A stretch of 64,000 nucleotides of DNA from Phoronis australis (Eukaryota > Animalia > Phoronida): contig NMRA01000414.1 of the NCBI GenBank assembly GCA_002633005.1, positions 310,001 to 374,000 on the forward strand. Direction: 5' to 3'. Below the pieces are notes generated by a model, which searched no databases, was not told where the DNA came from, and saw nothing but the letters and a program-made list of their open reading frames with translations. Numbering within the stretch: position 1 is the stretch's first letter; every line of letters begins with the position of its first letter. The position numbers were made by a program, and so were the translations under genes. This document shows, piece by piece, positions 11,301 through 23,912 of this stretch.

Positions 11301-14300
11301 TCCCTAATAACGTGAACATGCTCGTCAGTGCACGAAAATACGGTAGTGAAATGGTTGGTTTTTGAGCGACGACGGAAGACTGCCTAGAGTGAACTTACCG
11401 TCAACGTCGTATACTGAATTAACGGAAACGCACGCGTACACGCATGCATGTCAATCCACCAATCCACAATCAAAGTGGACACTGGATGAACAACATATTT
11501 GACGATCACTTTCAATTCAAAATTTGAAAATGCCTGCACTTTTCCGTAGCAAGTATACCAAAAAGTAGTTAGCAAACCAATTTTCTGCTGATTTGTTTCT
11601 TTGTCGATTTTAAGACATTCATACCGCACTAAGCCTACTTTTCGGGAGCTCTCTCGCTGCTATATAGCTTAGCTACGTATAGACATTTACTTCTAGACTA
11701 CCTTGATACCCTACGTAAAACGCTTTGAATCAGAAGCAAACTTAAAATTATTACTAACTTAGTTGTCATTGTAGTTAGTAGTACTAGTAGGTGCAACAAT
11801 TTTGTTGTTGTTGTCCATCTAGGCCTATATCGTATCTTTAACCGATCGTGGGCGGTGCAGCACTGAAATAAGTGGGCCCGACCCCTATGGTGCACCGCCC
11901 ATATGCATGGTTGGCCGTGGGGCTGGACCTATTCTGCGTTGGGGGTTCAATCGAATCCCTCAAAACCCCCTGGCTACGGGCCTGTTCAAAGAATGGACTT
12001 GTAAGCTGCAGAAAGTGGTGACTTGATTTGCGAATGACAGACTTTTTACTCCTCGGTGCCCCAGAGAGCGCGCGCTCAATATGAGTCTTTGACTTGACGC
12101 ATGGGACTTGAGGCATTGCTGCTTGTTCCAGTCCTAGCAAGAAAACCGGCGAGGATATCCAAGTCTGTCCTCTGCTGGCAGTGATACATTTTGAGACCTT
12201 ACAAGAACAGTATGGTGCATGGGGATACATATACTAGGTGAAGGACAGTAATTTATGACGTCACATTCACTGCGACCGACCGCATACTATCTGCATTAAT
12301 AATGAAATTCTTCTATTTTTGACAAAAACATGTTATTTTTTGGTTTTAATTGCAAAACAGAACCTTTTTGCGACAACATCGCCGTTGTTATCATTCGTGA
12401 AACTTAATATATACGTATCGTGCAAAATATTTACCTACCTCAAAAAGGCCATCTTATAGCAGTGGAGTTAGGTGGGGGGAGGGGGTACAAGGATATTTCA
12501 AGGGCATGGAAAAACAACAGTTGTACTTGATCACTTAGTAGAATATACTTGCCCCGTGATGGTGAATAAATTCTTTGGCTACAGCGAACGATGCAAATTC
12601 TGTGGCAGAGGCGAATGCTATTCGCAACATTAAGGCATTAGCCCCTCGCCACAAACCCTGAAACGGTAAGCCGAAAAAAAAGATTAAATCACAGTATATC
12701 AATGGCATACAAATGTTTGCAGGAAAAGCAAAACCATACTTAGCTTTGGTCCTGAGACGTTGTCAAAGCTTTTTGTACAAAGGCATGTTGGCACATTAAT
12801 CAAATCGACGATCGGCGATTTCAACTCTTTCGTGAGCTTACCTCTCCGACCAGGACTGGCATCATAAGAGACGCGTCAACAAACATAGGCGAAGCAGGAA
12901 TGTTTGTCGTTGACTTTAGTTGCAAAATCTCTACAAAGATGAGTTTTTGACTGTTTATCTCGGAAGTGCTCAGTATAATCCATATAATAACTAAGATGGT
13001 CTTTATGACCAAAAATTTGGTGAACCAAGAAACTGTGTTCCGCCGACGGAAGTAAAAAAGCTAGGGATTTCGCAAACATCACATTGATAGGTAAATAGAG
13101 ACCGAAGTTTTATTTTATGCTTATAACCTAGGAGTAAAACAGACCAGCACAGGGATCGGTATCAAAACCATGTTACAGTCAGAGTCATAAAGCATAAGAT
13201 GGTAAAAAAGTTCATTGCCGCGCGGCGGCACTAGTCAGGGTCAAAGTTGTGTCTTTATTGATGTACTGAGAGAGAAAAGCTTCGAATCAATAACCGTGAG
13301 GTTCTGTTAAGTCAATTCTTATACAAATACGAATGGGGCAACATTGTTCTCTTTCGGTTCATATGCCCTAATATTACCCCCGTGTCTGTCCCTAATTTTC
13401 AGTAAGTGTGGAGTCAGAATAAGGGAGGCATGCCAAAAGATGGCGCTGCTGCCGTGGGTTCCCTGTTCTACTGGAGTTCAGTTTACTATTAGTGTTACTG
13501 ACGCGGATAACAAAGCTATAAAAGAGCCACCGAACACGTGCTTTCTGTCAGAAAAGACTCATAATTTAGGCCACTTACCGTCAGAAAATTGGTCTCAAAC
13601 CCCTCTTTAGACAAAATAGATATGATTTCTGTGACTGGAAAGAACTGGAGATCAGTTATCAGTCTTCACTGAGGCCAAGCTCATAAAATTCCGCCAGGTC
13701 ACAGCGTGACCTTCTGCGACTTTGGTTTGAAGAAAGAACGAACTATCAGTTCTCCACGAGCCCAGATATCACTCCTAAACCGGGAAAAATAAGACATGGA
13801 CAATTTTATAACACTAATTAAGTGGCTTCAATCGAGACATTTATAACAGTAAGCACCGACCATGCTCTTTTGACTCTATCTAGGACGTTAGAAGTCTGCG
13901 TTAGCCAAATGGCGACAGTCTATGAACGTATATATTTTCTGAACGTAGGAAGTTATTAATTGCTTCTGAATGTTGCGTCAAGTCAACACTTTCTCAGGCT
14001 ACCTAAACAAAACTGCTGCCGCATTCATGAACGTAGAGATCGAGTTCGTCACTTATAAACACGGCTCCGGGTTGGTCACAAACACGGTTGATTGCACGAG
14101 CGCCGTACAGCAGACAGGCAAAACGCCGTTTTACTGACGCGCCTCAAGCACAGCTTCCAGTCATGACCCAAACTGACCGCATCAGCCACTAGCCGACCAA
14201 CACCGCGGTGTACAGGACGTGGAGTTCGCCGTGCTCAAGTTCTTTATGCATACGGCGTGTTTTGCGAGTCCATTGAACCGTACGTTTTTGGTTATCGCTC

Positions 14301-17300
14301 AACCGTGTTTGAGTCACGTTACGAGTTTGTAAGTCGTTGAACTGAGTTTCAGTGAGCGACGACCGTGTCGTTCGGCTAACCTGCTACTGTTGCAGGTGAT
14401 TTTGTTACAAACAGGAATTTTGAAGCCGATTCGACGACAATCGTGTGGAATCTATACCCTGATGAAGACAGAATAATCTCGAAATATTACTTTTATCCCT
14501 TGCTTGCTGCATATCTCATGGAAGGCGCTACGGAAACTTTGGTGGTGGTGTTGGTACCCAACAGCAATAGCCTCGTGAGCGCGCGACTGAAACTGAGTCT
14601 TGAGCTGCAACAAAAGTGAAGTCAATGCATCTAAAACTACAACTTTATTAAAATCTTTAAATCCAAATTTCCAAAAAGAGAGCTCGGTCTTGTCATGGTT
14701 TTAAAGTGGTTAACCCGCTATCACAAAAAAATCTTTGATTAGGACTATTAACCCTGCCAGATAGTGTTCTTTTGTAAAATTAGAGTTGATTTTAGGGCTT
14801 AGAAAAAACTGACAATTCTAGATGCTTGGCAGGCTCTTCAAGTTCAGTTGACTTATCACGGCGAATCATTTTGTGCCCCTCTCGGAAATCACTTCTCATG
14901 AGAGTAAGGAACTGTAGTTGAGACCACTTTACAGTAGTCATTAAGTCCCGTCCATACACAGCCTACCTTGCGACTACGGGGTGAAAAAAGACCGGTCTCA
15001 TTGCAGGATGTAAACGCAGCCAATAATTACTTCCGCCTTGGCGCGGGTTTGCCGCCACACAGCGATTAGAAGTGGCGCAAGTTACCCTAGAACAAATTAC
15101 CCTACCCAAATTGTCACAGGTGGGGTAAGGTGCGCTGTAGTTTTAAGTCCCGTCTACACTAGTGCAACTTACCCAACTTTTGAGATAGCGTCCAGACGGC
15201 ACTCAAACCTAGAGACAACTCGTTCCAGGAGTAACTTGTTTTAGGATAAATTTGTGTATGGACGGCACTTTAAACAAGTTACCCTACTTCGATAAGGAGG
15301 AGTTAGTCTATGTGTGGTCTAAATTTATGGAAGGCGTGTTTATAGACGTTTAGGACCGCCAGTACAATACCCACAGACATCACAAAACGTATCGCTTACC
15401 TAGGACGTTAGGAAATACTAACTTTGATACACAGTTTTAAATAGCTTAGAAAACATAAGCAAACCATTACTGTTCAGAACATTGCCCAACATCTTACAAT
15501 CATCAAATGTTTTTGGCCTACGGGGGTATGAGTGGCGATGGTATTGAATGACTGTGATGCTGATTCTACAATGACAAATTTGCTTGTTTGGATCACCTTT
15601 CGTTTACGTTAGATCGCTTGAAACTGATTGTAATAATTGTTGACTCCCCCATTCTGATTGTGTGCACATCTGCGCGCTCCGCAAAATCTGAGCGCGATAA
15701 CCCACCCTCATAAACACGAGTCCCCGACTCCCCGCGCTGTATACAGCGCGCAGCTATCACGGAAGTGCGAACCATTGCCGAGGCAAAGATTTTATAGTAT
15801 CTTTGGCCGAGGTATCCAAGTGAAATGATTAAAAATATCACAACGGTTGGATTTTGTCTAGTTGAACAATCACAATTTGCCCGTCAACAGACTTTGCAAA
15901 GAAATTTCTAGCTTTCTTCCAAGGTTAGGGTTGACTGATGAGTGTAACAGAGTCTTACCAGAGAACAGGCTTGCGTTCCGTAGACGTGAGAACCTCGTGA
16001 AAACCCAAGATCACACAAGACTTCATGAAATATCGCCATGTATTACATGCGAAGCGCGTGACCAAACAAGCTTCCTTCGCGAAATTCTTGCGTCTGCGCA
16101 ACTCTGCTCGGGATTTTGATCCCCTTTTGTCCAATTGTCTCTTGGGCTCGTACGTGACCCGAAGTATGAAACCCCAATAAAGACAGGCGGAATTATTTCA
16201 CGTTATCGCCCTTATCACTGAGCAGACCCCTAAGATGAATTTTGCAACGTTTGAAATGAGACCCCTTCTGTGTCCACCACTCCAAATGGAACGCCTACTT
16301 CTTGACGTAGTAGCTGTCATTCAAATTGCTAGACCAGACAACCGGGGATACTGAATTGGCATTCGCATTTCGTCGTTTCGGTTCACCTTAATTCAGACAT
16401 ACTATTGGCTCACTGAATATCTGTAATTTGCAAGACTCGTCGAGCATCGCAAAAGACCTGTACGTACAAGCTGGTTTTTATGGCAACAAAGTAATCGGTA
16501 GAAGACGATTCCTACCATCATAAATGGACTTGTCAGTCCCGACGCGATCGCCCCTGATACAGCTCCTGCGGCGGCCGTTCCCCACAGGGACACTTTGCCG
16601 GTGCCATTTTCAGCTGGGAAGATACCGTAATCTAAAAGTTGCTAAAAGTGAAAAAGTAGAAAAACCATCACATGCTGAAATAAACGGCAATGTTAGTTTA
16701 AGAACTGTTAAATAGCCTGGATCTTAAAGTAATTATATTTATTACAGCGACGTGGATGAGGACAACGACGACGAAGACGACGACAGCAACGACGACACGA
16801 TTTTTTCAAGAGCGTATTAATTTGCGCAGTCCGTCGCGCACAACCTGTCGTTACAAATGTTTTAGAATTGCGTTTCGCCCCCGTTTAGCTGACTAAACAA
16901 CGACAATCTACTTTTGCTCTTTTAAAATTGATTTCATAATACCCATCATCGTGATAGTATCCTATTTCCGTTACCAACGAAAACGTCGAAGCCGTCATCG
17001 GCTCAAGAAATTGCTCCAGAGATTATTGGAGTTGGCGAACCCTAAGATTGCGAATTCGAAACCGGTGCACGTACGCACTACCTTTGTGAATATTGACATC
17101 GACACCAATTTAAGATCGGATAAGTGAGGTAATACTTTGATCCGAGAAGCACTTCCATCAAAAATTCAACATCGACAGTTAAACAGTGGCGAAATGACCC
17201 TTTAAAAAGTGCAAGATTGTAGTTAGATAATTACGGCAAATTGAGTAACTGTGAAAACTTTGATGCAGAACCACACACTTGCTGGGAGGTGCGATCTATT

Positions 17301-20300
17301 TGAATAAGTTTATCGGAGGGTCCAGGGGCGAATCCAGGATTTTTTTAAGAGTTTGGTCGGACAAGTAGATTTTTTAAAAGGGGGTTCCAAGGCAACAACT
17401 TGAAATTTCTGGATTTGAAATCGTTAAAATCAAGGGGAAAATGGGGGTCCGGATCCCCTTGACCCCCTGGATCCGCCTATGTTTTCAATAGATCGTCTTT
17501 AGAAGATGATCTATAAACGTTGCAGTAAATTAGCAAGTATGCATTTTTGACAAACGCGGATTCCAAAGTGGTCTGCCACTCAAGTCATTTAAAACACGAA
17601 AAGGACTATTTTGGAAGGTGAGAATTTTCGATTGACCAGTGCACCGCGAGATTTTCGTTATCAATCATAAGACCTTTTCAGTTATCCGTTTCGATGCAGG
17701 AAAAAACGTACGCGTACTCGACTCTGACGTAAACCGATATTACAGGCATGCGTTCTGTAGACGCGAGAATCTCGCGCGAGAATCTCGCGAAGACGCAAAA
17801 TCACGCAAGACTTCGTTAAATATCGCCATGAATTTGAAGAGAAGCACGTGGTCGCAAAATGTTCCTTCGTAAGTTTGGATCTCTAGAACTCAGCACAATC
17901 TTGACATTAAGAAATCCTCACCACTGTAGTAAGATCTATTAACCATTGAGATTTCTGGAAAGACTGTCCATCACGCATGAATGCCGCTAGAACGGTAGTA
18001 CCATATGTTTACGTCAGAGCCTACTCTGAAGGTGTTCTCGGAATCAAAACTGAAAATCTGGACTGTTTTAGAAATTGTATAGTGTCATTAGTTACTAATA
18101 AACAGTCGGACGGCCGTGTGTCACGTTTGAAACATTTATTGCAATCATATAGCGTAATTTTAATTTCAAATTATGAATTCGATTTGGATATGAAATAACT
18201 ACCGCATAGATCCCTCGACGCATGCTGTTCTGGGTGAACTGATAGACAAGGGCTGGCGTTAGCCCTTTCTGTAAGGCCATGATGCCGTCCACTTGGACGA
18301 TGGTGCGGAATGCATGTATGACGCTCCTGTTTTTAAAACGAAAATACGTGAATGAACTTGATCCGGTTACCATCATTTGGTGACTATTTAGTTACGACGG
18401 CATTTTACATTTCAAACACATTCAAATGAAACGTTCGGCTAGAGAATAAACTCGCCTTATGTCACGAAAACAGTTTTCGATTTAAATCATTTACCGTTAT
18501 GAAAATGGTCTCAATTCTTTCGTCAACATAGGGTGTAACATCTGGCGTGCGTTCAGTAGCGCTAGAACCTACACTAGAATCTAGCTAAAATCTAGCCAAA
18601 ATCACGTGCTTTCATTTAAAATACCCAGCAATATCTCATATAATCTCGTGAAGTCTTACTTTTTAGCGAGGTCCTAGCGTTACTGAACGGGAGGCAGGGC
18701 TTGGAAAGAACTAACATTTCGTTATTGCTTGAGACCAGGCTCTATGAAGTAGGTAGTAGTATTTGCTGAACATAGCCTCGAAGAATAATGAACCGTCAGT
18801 TCTTTGCAAGGCCAAAAATTCAATGAGCGATATGTGATGTTTAAATCAAATGTCGCTTTCTCACCAACACCACAACTCCTGTTTCGCGGAGTTCCACTCT
18901 ATGGGAAAGTTAAACTTCCTGACTTATATAGCCACCGCAACTCCTCTCCTAAAGTGTGGAGTTGCGCAACTCCGCTGTAGTGGGAAACATTAACACTTCG
19001 TCTAGAGTAAGGCCCTAAAAGCCGCGCCCATTTTGACACGCGACTCAACCAGACAGTCGTCATTCCCGCTCTCAGTAATCTCACGTAAAGAATAAGAGAT
19101 CAGAAATCTGACAGAGAATAATGCTGAAGAGAGACGTAGGATTCAAATATGCCATCTAGTGTTGAATTCAGAGAACTAATGATAACTGCGATGTCCCTAG
19201 TCGATGGGAAATGTAAGTGGAATTGCGGTAGACCGGAGTTCCCTATTGGCAAAGTGACAAAACTCTTCAAGATAACACGGTTCATTTCCCTTTAATTTCA
19301 GACAAGTCTTCCCAACAGTTACTTTTTAGTGAAACATCGACGTAACTTGAAGTTTACGACCCAAGTTAAAAGGTCCGATCCAACCAAAAAAGCCTTTTAA
19401 AAGTATCATTGGAATAAGCACTTTAGATGGTTGTAAGCGCAATTTATGACAGATATAGGAGGGGTTTTCTTAGTTATAGAGATATAGATGTGAACGACCG
19501 CCAGGCGGTCTACACCACCAGTTTTGCCCCCTCAGCTCGCCCTGTCCAACCACCAGTGTAGATCCATCCACTCGGTCGCCACAAACTAATTTCCAGTTTA
19601 GTTCCTCCACCCGTTGGTCTCTTTAGTGGGGGAGCACTATCCTCCAATTTCATGCGTGGGGCACTTGTCCCCCCGCTCCCCCCACCTTCTTGCCTGTGTT
19701 TATCTAGTTAGTGTACAAAAGTACACAAGAATTTACGAGGAAACTAAAATAAATCAAAAAGTGTTAAAAAGTACGTACACACCGGGAACATATATAAAAA
19801 TACGTACACACAGTGAACATGTATAAAAATACGTACATACAGGGAACATGTATAAAAGAAAAGTCAAGAACACATTTTTTTTACTCGATCAACAAAATGA
19901 AGTGTAACTGAGATGATAGCGTAATCCATAGACATGCTCAGTTTCACTTAATCTGCAAAATAAAAAGAGTTTTTTCGACATTTAAAAGAATTTGCATGGG
20001 CGGTGCACCATAGGGGGCTGGAGGGCTGTCCCATTTATTTCAGTGCTACGCCGCCCATGATTTAAGGAATGGTTGTTTTTAATGTCGCTAAGAAGTTCAA
20101 TCCAGGCTGAGCCGCAACTGTATGAAATTAGGCCAAACCAAAAGTCTTACTGAACGAAATTGCAATGATGCTGTACTACGAATGTTGAGCCTCTACGGTG
20201 TGACGACACGAGAGCGAATGAGTAACGTTGCATAGGGAAGGAGAAAGAAATGAAAAATGACATATACCCCGAACGACCCCAAACGAACTTTACGACTGCC

Positions 20301-21223
20301 ATTAAAAACGAAAGCTCCGTTAGTGGGTATCAAGCAGTATAAAGTTGTATATATATCTGCCTCACCTGTACGTCACGTGATATTGCCCTCTTGCTTTCAG
20401 TTCACCTTGCAGCTGGTAACGGACTTTAACGACATCTAGTGGATTACTAACCACAACGGCACCGGCTGAAGACAACCCTCCGAGTATGTATTCTATAGAC
20501 GCCCTGTTGGAAATTCAATGTTTTCACTTATGCTATGAACCCAAACCTCGGACCACATTTGTTAGTTCAAGTATGAATAATTGCCCCTAAATTGCAGCAA
20601 GATTCAAAGACAATCAAAATGTCATCATATATTCCCCGCTTAAACGTTGTAGACGTGAGAATGGTCCACATGCTGATGAAGTTTCTAGGTTGAGAATTAT
20701 ATTTGTGGGTAAAAACGAACCAACCTGCTCTATAGTGAGCGGAAGAACAGCATTTTTATACAAACTGTGATTTTGCCCTGCAATGAACAGTGTCCAGGGA
20801 GCAAATAAATATGTCGAGTGTTCTTACGATATACCTCTTATCACGCATTCTCACTGTTTTTATTGCAGATACACAGACGTGATCTTGCACTAATTTGTTT
20901 CGCTTAACTTTCCGCTGAGAGATAAAGTACAAATACAAAATACGCCACCAGAAGGAAAACACCATTATTTGCTTTTCATATAGTGAAATTGACATTGCCT
21001 TCTTTCTGAGGATCGGTGCATTCTCGCCTTGTTGTGAAATACAGGCTCTGGCTGTGTTAATATTCTGAAGCAAAACATTGTGTCCTCAGACCCGACGTCG
21101 TTGACAGTAAATGCTAATTAACCAATTGCGGTCCCTGGAAATGAGCACGGGTCCCATGGCACCCTTGCATGCGCCAGAAGACCGGACGTTTACTTGGTAA
21201 TTTATACTGCGAGAAACTTACAT
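5395..21223 (-). CDS. SLC25A35: Mitochondrial carrier, SLC25A34/SLC25A35 (yeast OAC1-like) subfamily, ~344 aa, 7 coding exons
   Basis: Phase-consistent exons 21223-21222 (AT of the start codon), 20503-20366, 18326-18203, 16641-16516, 14604-14491, 12657-12553, 5820-5395 (1035 nt). Motifs NPLDVVKVRYQLQGELKARG, DGIMALQKGLTPALVYQ, SPFMMLKTQFQS..AIAVGYQH, GLWRG and PFDVIATRLYNQ are characteristic of SLC25A34/35. The symbol is a best guess, not established orthology. Confidence 0.93.
7927..8229 (+). pseudogene. Decayed triple C2H2 zinc-finger exon inside the TIR element
   Basis: One frame reads CIHICCGASFRKKHFLYNHMRIKH...G*RVAWGKIF...*CSGTKLIQCPVCDQCFTERVSLRTLLVVVN, with 2 internal stops and lost Cys/His ligands. 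Upstream acceptor tgatttttcag near 7840. Confidence 0.7.
9137..9474 (-). pseudogene. Decayed exon with a C2H2-like remnant, convergent with the 7927-8229 remnant
   Basis: Acceptor (attttcatttcag|G) at 9474, then KQVHCHYCEASFNEQVNQGVEVH..., later disrupted by stops. Upstream donor AAG|gtgagt near 10098, just inside the right TIR. Confidence 0.45.
10316..11183. mobile_element. Decayed element with inverted subterminal 16-bp tandem arrays
   Basis: About 6 copies of AAGGTTCACTACTCCG at 10316-10414 and reverse-complement copies (GAACCTTCGGAGTAGTG) at about 11061-11183. Confidence 0.55.
14944..15269. mobile_element. MITE with TTA target duplication (PIF/Harbinger-like)
   Basis: AGTCCCGTCCATACACA ... 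TGTGTATGGACGGCACT, flanked by TTA at 14941-14943 and 15270-15272. An internal extra TIR-like copy lies near 15145. Confidence 0.7.
15965..18690. repeat. Dispersed family starting GCGTTC(C/T/A)GTAG(A)CG; copies at ~15965, ~17743 and 18548-18690
   Basis: The 15965 and 17743 copies align over about 75-90 bp. The 18548-18690 copy has inverted ends GCGTTCAGTAGCGCTAGAACC / GGTCCTAGCGTTACTGAACG. Confidence 0.5.
17323..17481. mobile_element. Short GGCGGATCCAGG...CCTGGATCCGCC-type MITE family (other copies ~26493-26650, ~29767-29927, ~41163-41300)
   Basis: Shared imperfect TIRs. The 17.3-kb and 29.8-kb copies also share the internal CAACAACTTGAAATTTCT..AAAATCAAGGGGAAAAT. Confidence 0.65.
19766..19856 (+). 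repeat. ~28-30-bp tandem repeat x3
   Basis: AAAATACGTACACACAG(T/G)GAACATGTAT units. Confidence 0.8.
19995..20059. mobile_element. Tiny (~65 bp) inverted-repeat element; second copy in opposite orientation at ~11847-11902
   Basis: CATGGGCGGTGCA...TGCTACGCCGCCCATG. The 11.85-kb copy shares the termini and the internal TTATTTCAGTGCT. Confidence 0.6.
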
Positions 21224-23359
21224 GTTCAATGATGTATGGCGTCTTGGTGGTTAACGCATTCACGAACGTAACCGGGCTCTCACGTCGGCTCAGGGCCGCT
21301 CAGGAAGGACACGAGCAGACAACAGTTGTCATTGACAACTATTCCGTCGCTTAGTTTCGTGCTCAGATTATAATTCCAGCTGAGTTGCGCTTGAATGCGG
21401 ACCACTCTTTAGAGGTAGCCTCGGATATTCGGCAGAGTAAAACAGTATAGATCATAGTCTTACTGATCATGTATACAAAGTTCACAAGATAAGGCATTTT
21501 ATCATTTGAGCTTCTGAAACGCAACATGGCTCATCTGCATACACATTTTTGTCACGTTTTCACTGTCGAAGATCGAGCCAAATATTTTCACCAATATGAA
21601 CTTTTCTTTTCAACGGGATGAAGAATAAAAAGGACACCGTTAGAATATTATATCGCGTTTCTGTTTACTCAGCTATATTTGACAGCATAGATGGAAAACA
21701 CCTCATGCCTATTATAAAATTATGTTCGAGACATGGGGATTGTAGAATGAAATTTGCATTTTATATCTAGAATCCTTCCATGAAATTTTGTTCCCGAGTA
21801 ATGGTTTTCAAATATTAGATGATGGAAGCGATTGACATACAGGCTGATTCATAATGAAAAAGTGAAAACCATAGATCTTCAATCAGACAGTATTTAGCGT
21901 CGATGTTAAAAATATGGACTCATACTTATGTAGTTAATGTCAGATATTGGAAATGGCAAATATTGCATTAAGGGATGTAACATATTGAAAGGCTCGTTTT
22001 GCTAATATTTGCGTGCTCAAGGACAGAAAAATAATTAATTAAACTCTTCACAAAATATCAAATCAATTTTACCCGTTTTTGTTGGGCTACTTGAAATCGA
22101 TTGTGGATTAGATATCGCAATTTTAATTAATCCATTAGAAATCGTTCCCAGGTAACGGAGCGCCTCGCAGGTACAAGAGCAATTACCAATAATGCAAACA
22201 AAAGGTACGCTTTCGTCTAGCCATTGTTTCTTAAGTAGCAACCATCAACTGTTTGCGGCTTGTATTTGCTGAAACAGCGAACCCGTCAATAAACGGGACG
22301 CTGCGGACGTTACGCCTACTGAAATGAACTTGATTTGGATTCGAAAGCTTTGGCGACGTTGGAGGCAATTGGAAGATTGGTTGGAATATTTTGGTGAATT
22401 ACCATTTACTAGTATATTTCCGAAACCACTGGCATTTCGACGACAGTAAATCTGCTGAAATCTACAGGCGTCCTGTGCACGCAACGTCAACGCTGCTACT
22501 GTGTCTTGTGGTAGATTCAGTCACACGGCGATATCACAATGTCGGGCATATGAACCACCCTTTTCGAGTATGAATCATAACCATTTCAGTACATGATGCG
22601 ACACGATAATTAATTTAGAAAAGATTTAGGTCGTGCATGATTTTCAATAAACGTAAATATGTGTTTGCTTTCGTGCTTTTATGAGTGAAATGTTTATAAA
22701 ACATTTACAAGAAGTCAATAATAAATTGTTGTTGGTTAACAATCATCCCATCTATTTGGTTTAACCAATTGTAAAAACATGAATTTCCGACTCTAGTTAT
22801 TGTGATCTATGCGCTTATTATATCATGAATCAGTAGTGGCAAGCTGATCAAACAGTGTCTGACACTTCCACAGTCAATATCGATAGTAACGTGGATATTG
22901 AACCAAAACAGAATTGACAAAGTTTTCAACAATTGCATTCAGTTCTCATTTTCTGGTACAGTTTGGACAGGACGTCTATCAGGCATTTAATTTTTAATTC
23001 AGCGCGCTGCGCAGTTTAAAGCGATAACATCAACATAAACGCATTACTCGCCGGCATACTACATGTCGAAAGTGTGGAAAGCGAGTACGGCGAACAATAG
23101 GTAAAAATGTGCCTCGTCATTGTACACCTGCATTGATTAAATTTCAATGAAAGTAGCTTTATTGAATATTAATAAATGCTTTCATTTAGAAATCTAATCA
23201 ACACGGTGCCGTATTTTCACACTTTGAATTGAACTATAAAATTTTTGTTGTGAAAATCAACATAATGTAATGAAGGCGATAGAGGTTTCTTGCTTGGAAC
23301 TCAAATGATCTCCCTAAGATTCCAGGACCGTGTACGATATCGCATCACAGCTATTTTGA

Positions 23360-23450
23360 GGACAGGGGGCGTGACGAGTCCCAACCAATGAGTAAGCTAA
23401 CGCACATGTGCACACACATAAGTGGAGGGGTTTTCCAACTCGCTTTCAGA
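23360..23450 (+). promoter_or_regulatory. Putative distal promoter of the 3CxxC gene with a kappaB-like site
   Basis: CCAAT near 23385 and GGGGTTTTCC at 23427-23436 (fits GGGRNWYYCC), followed by splice donors at 23470 and 23613. Confidence 0.4.
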
Positions 23451-23912
23451 CTCCGATGTGACCGTCAAGGTAACTCAAAGGTAGCACTGGTGTAAAAGAT
23501 GAGCAAATTTGTCTTCCTTCTTCAGCCTGCGTGGTATGTAGCAGTCAATGCAAGTAGATCTGCACCTAACGACACAATACATTTATATTTTCAGGGGCAG
23601 AAAATTGCTAAGGTAAATTTCTGTGCAGCAAAGTCAGTGATTGACCAAGAAGCATTGGGTAAATTCTGTTGGCTGACAAACAGTTGTTGGTAGTGACCAT
23701 CTTGCCGGGAAAGAAGCCTTCAGAAAAAACATCTCACGGAAGTAGTCACGGTAAACTAGTTTACATCCCTGCAAACCAGTGGCGCGTATCGTGCGAAAAG
23801 TTGTCCCTACAGTTTGACGATCTCTGGACTCAACTGCAGAGCGCTGGCAGCCCAAACGCTTACCGTTCTTCCGTCCGCGCTTGCGGTTAACGTCTCACAG
23901 ACATCCACCGGT

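Noticed and set aside
14459-14490. CTGATGA...GAAA hammerhead-like motif
   Set aside because: Stem II is poor, stems I and III are missing, and it overlaps a splice donor of the opposite strand.
19446-19488. Helitron 5' end on the minus strand (TCTATATCTCTATAACTAAG)
   Set aside because: No matching hairpin-CTAG 3' end could be located.
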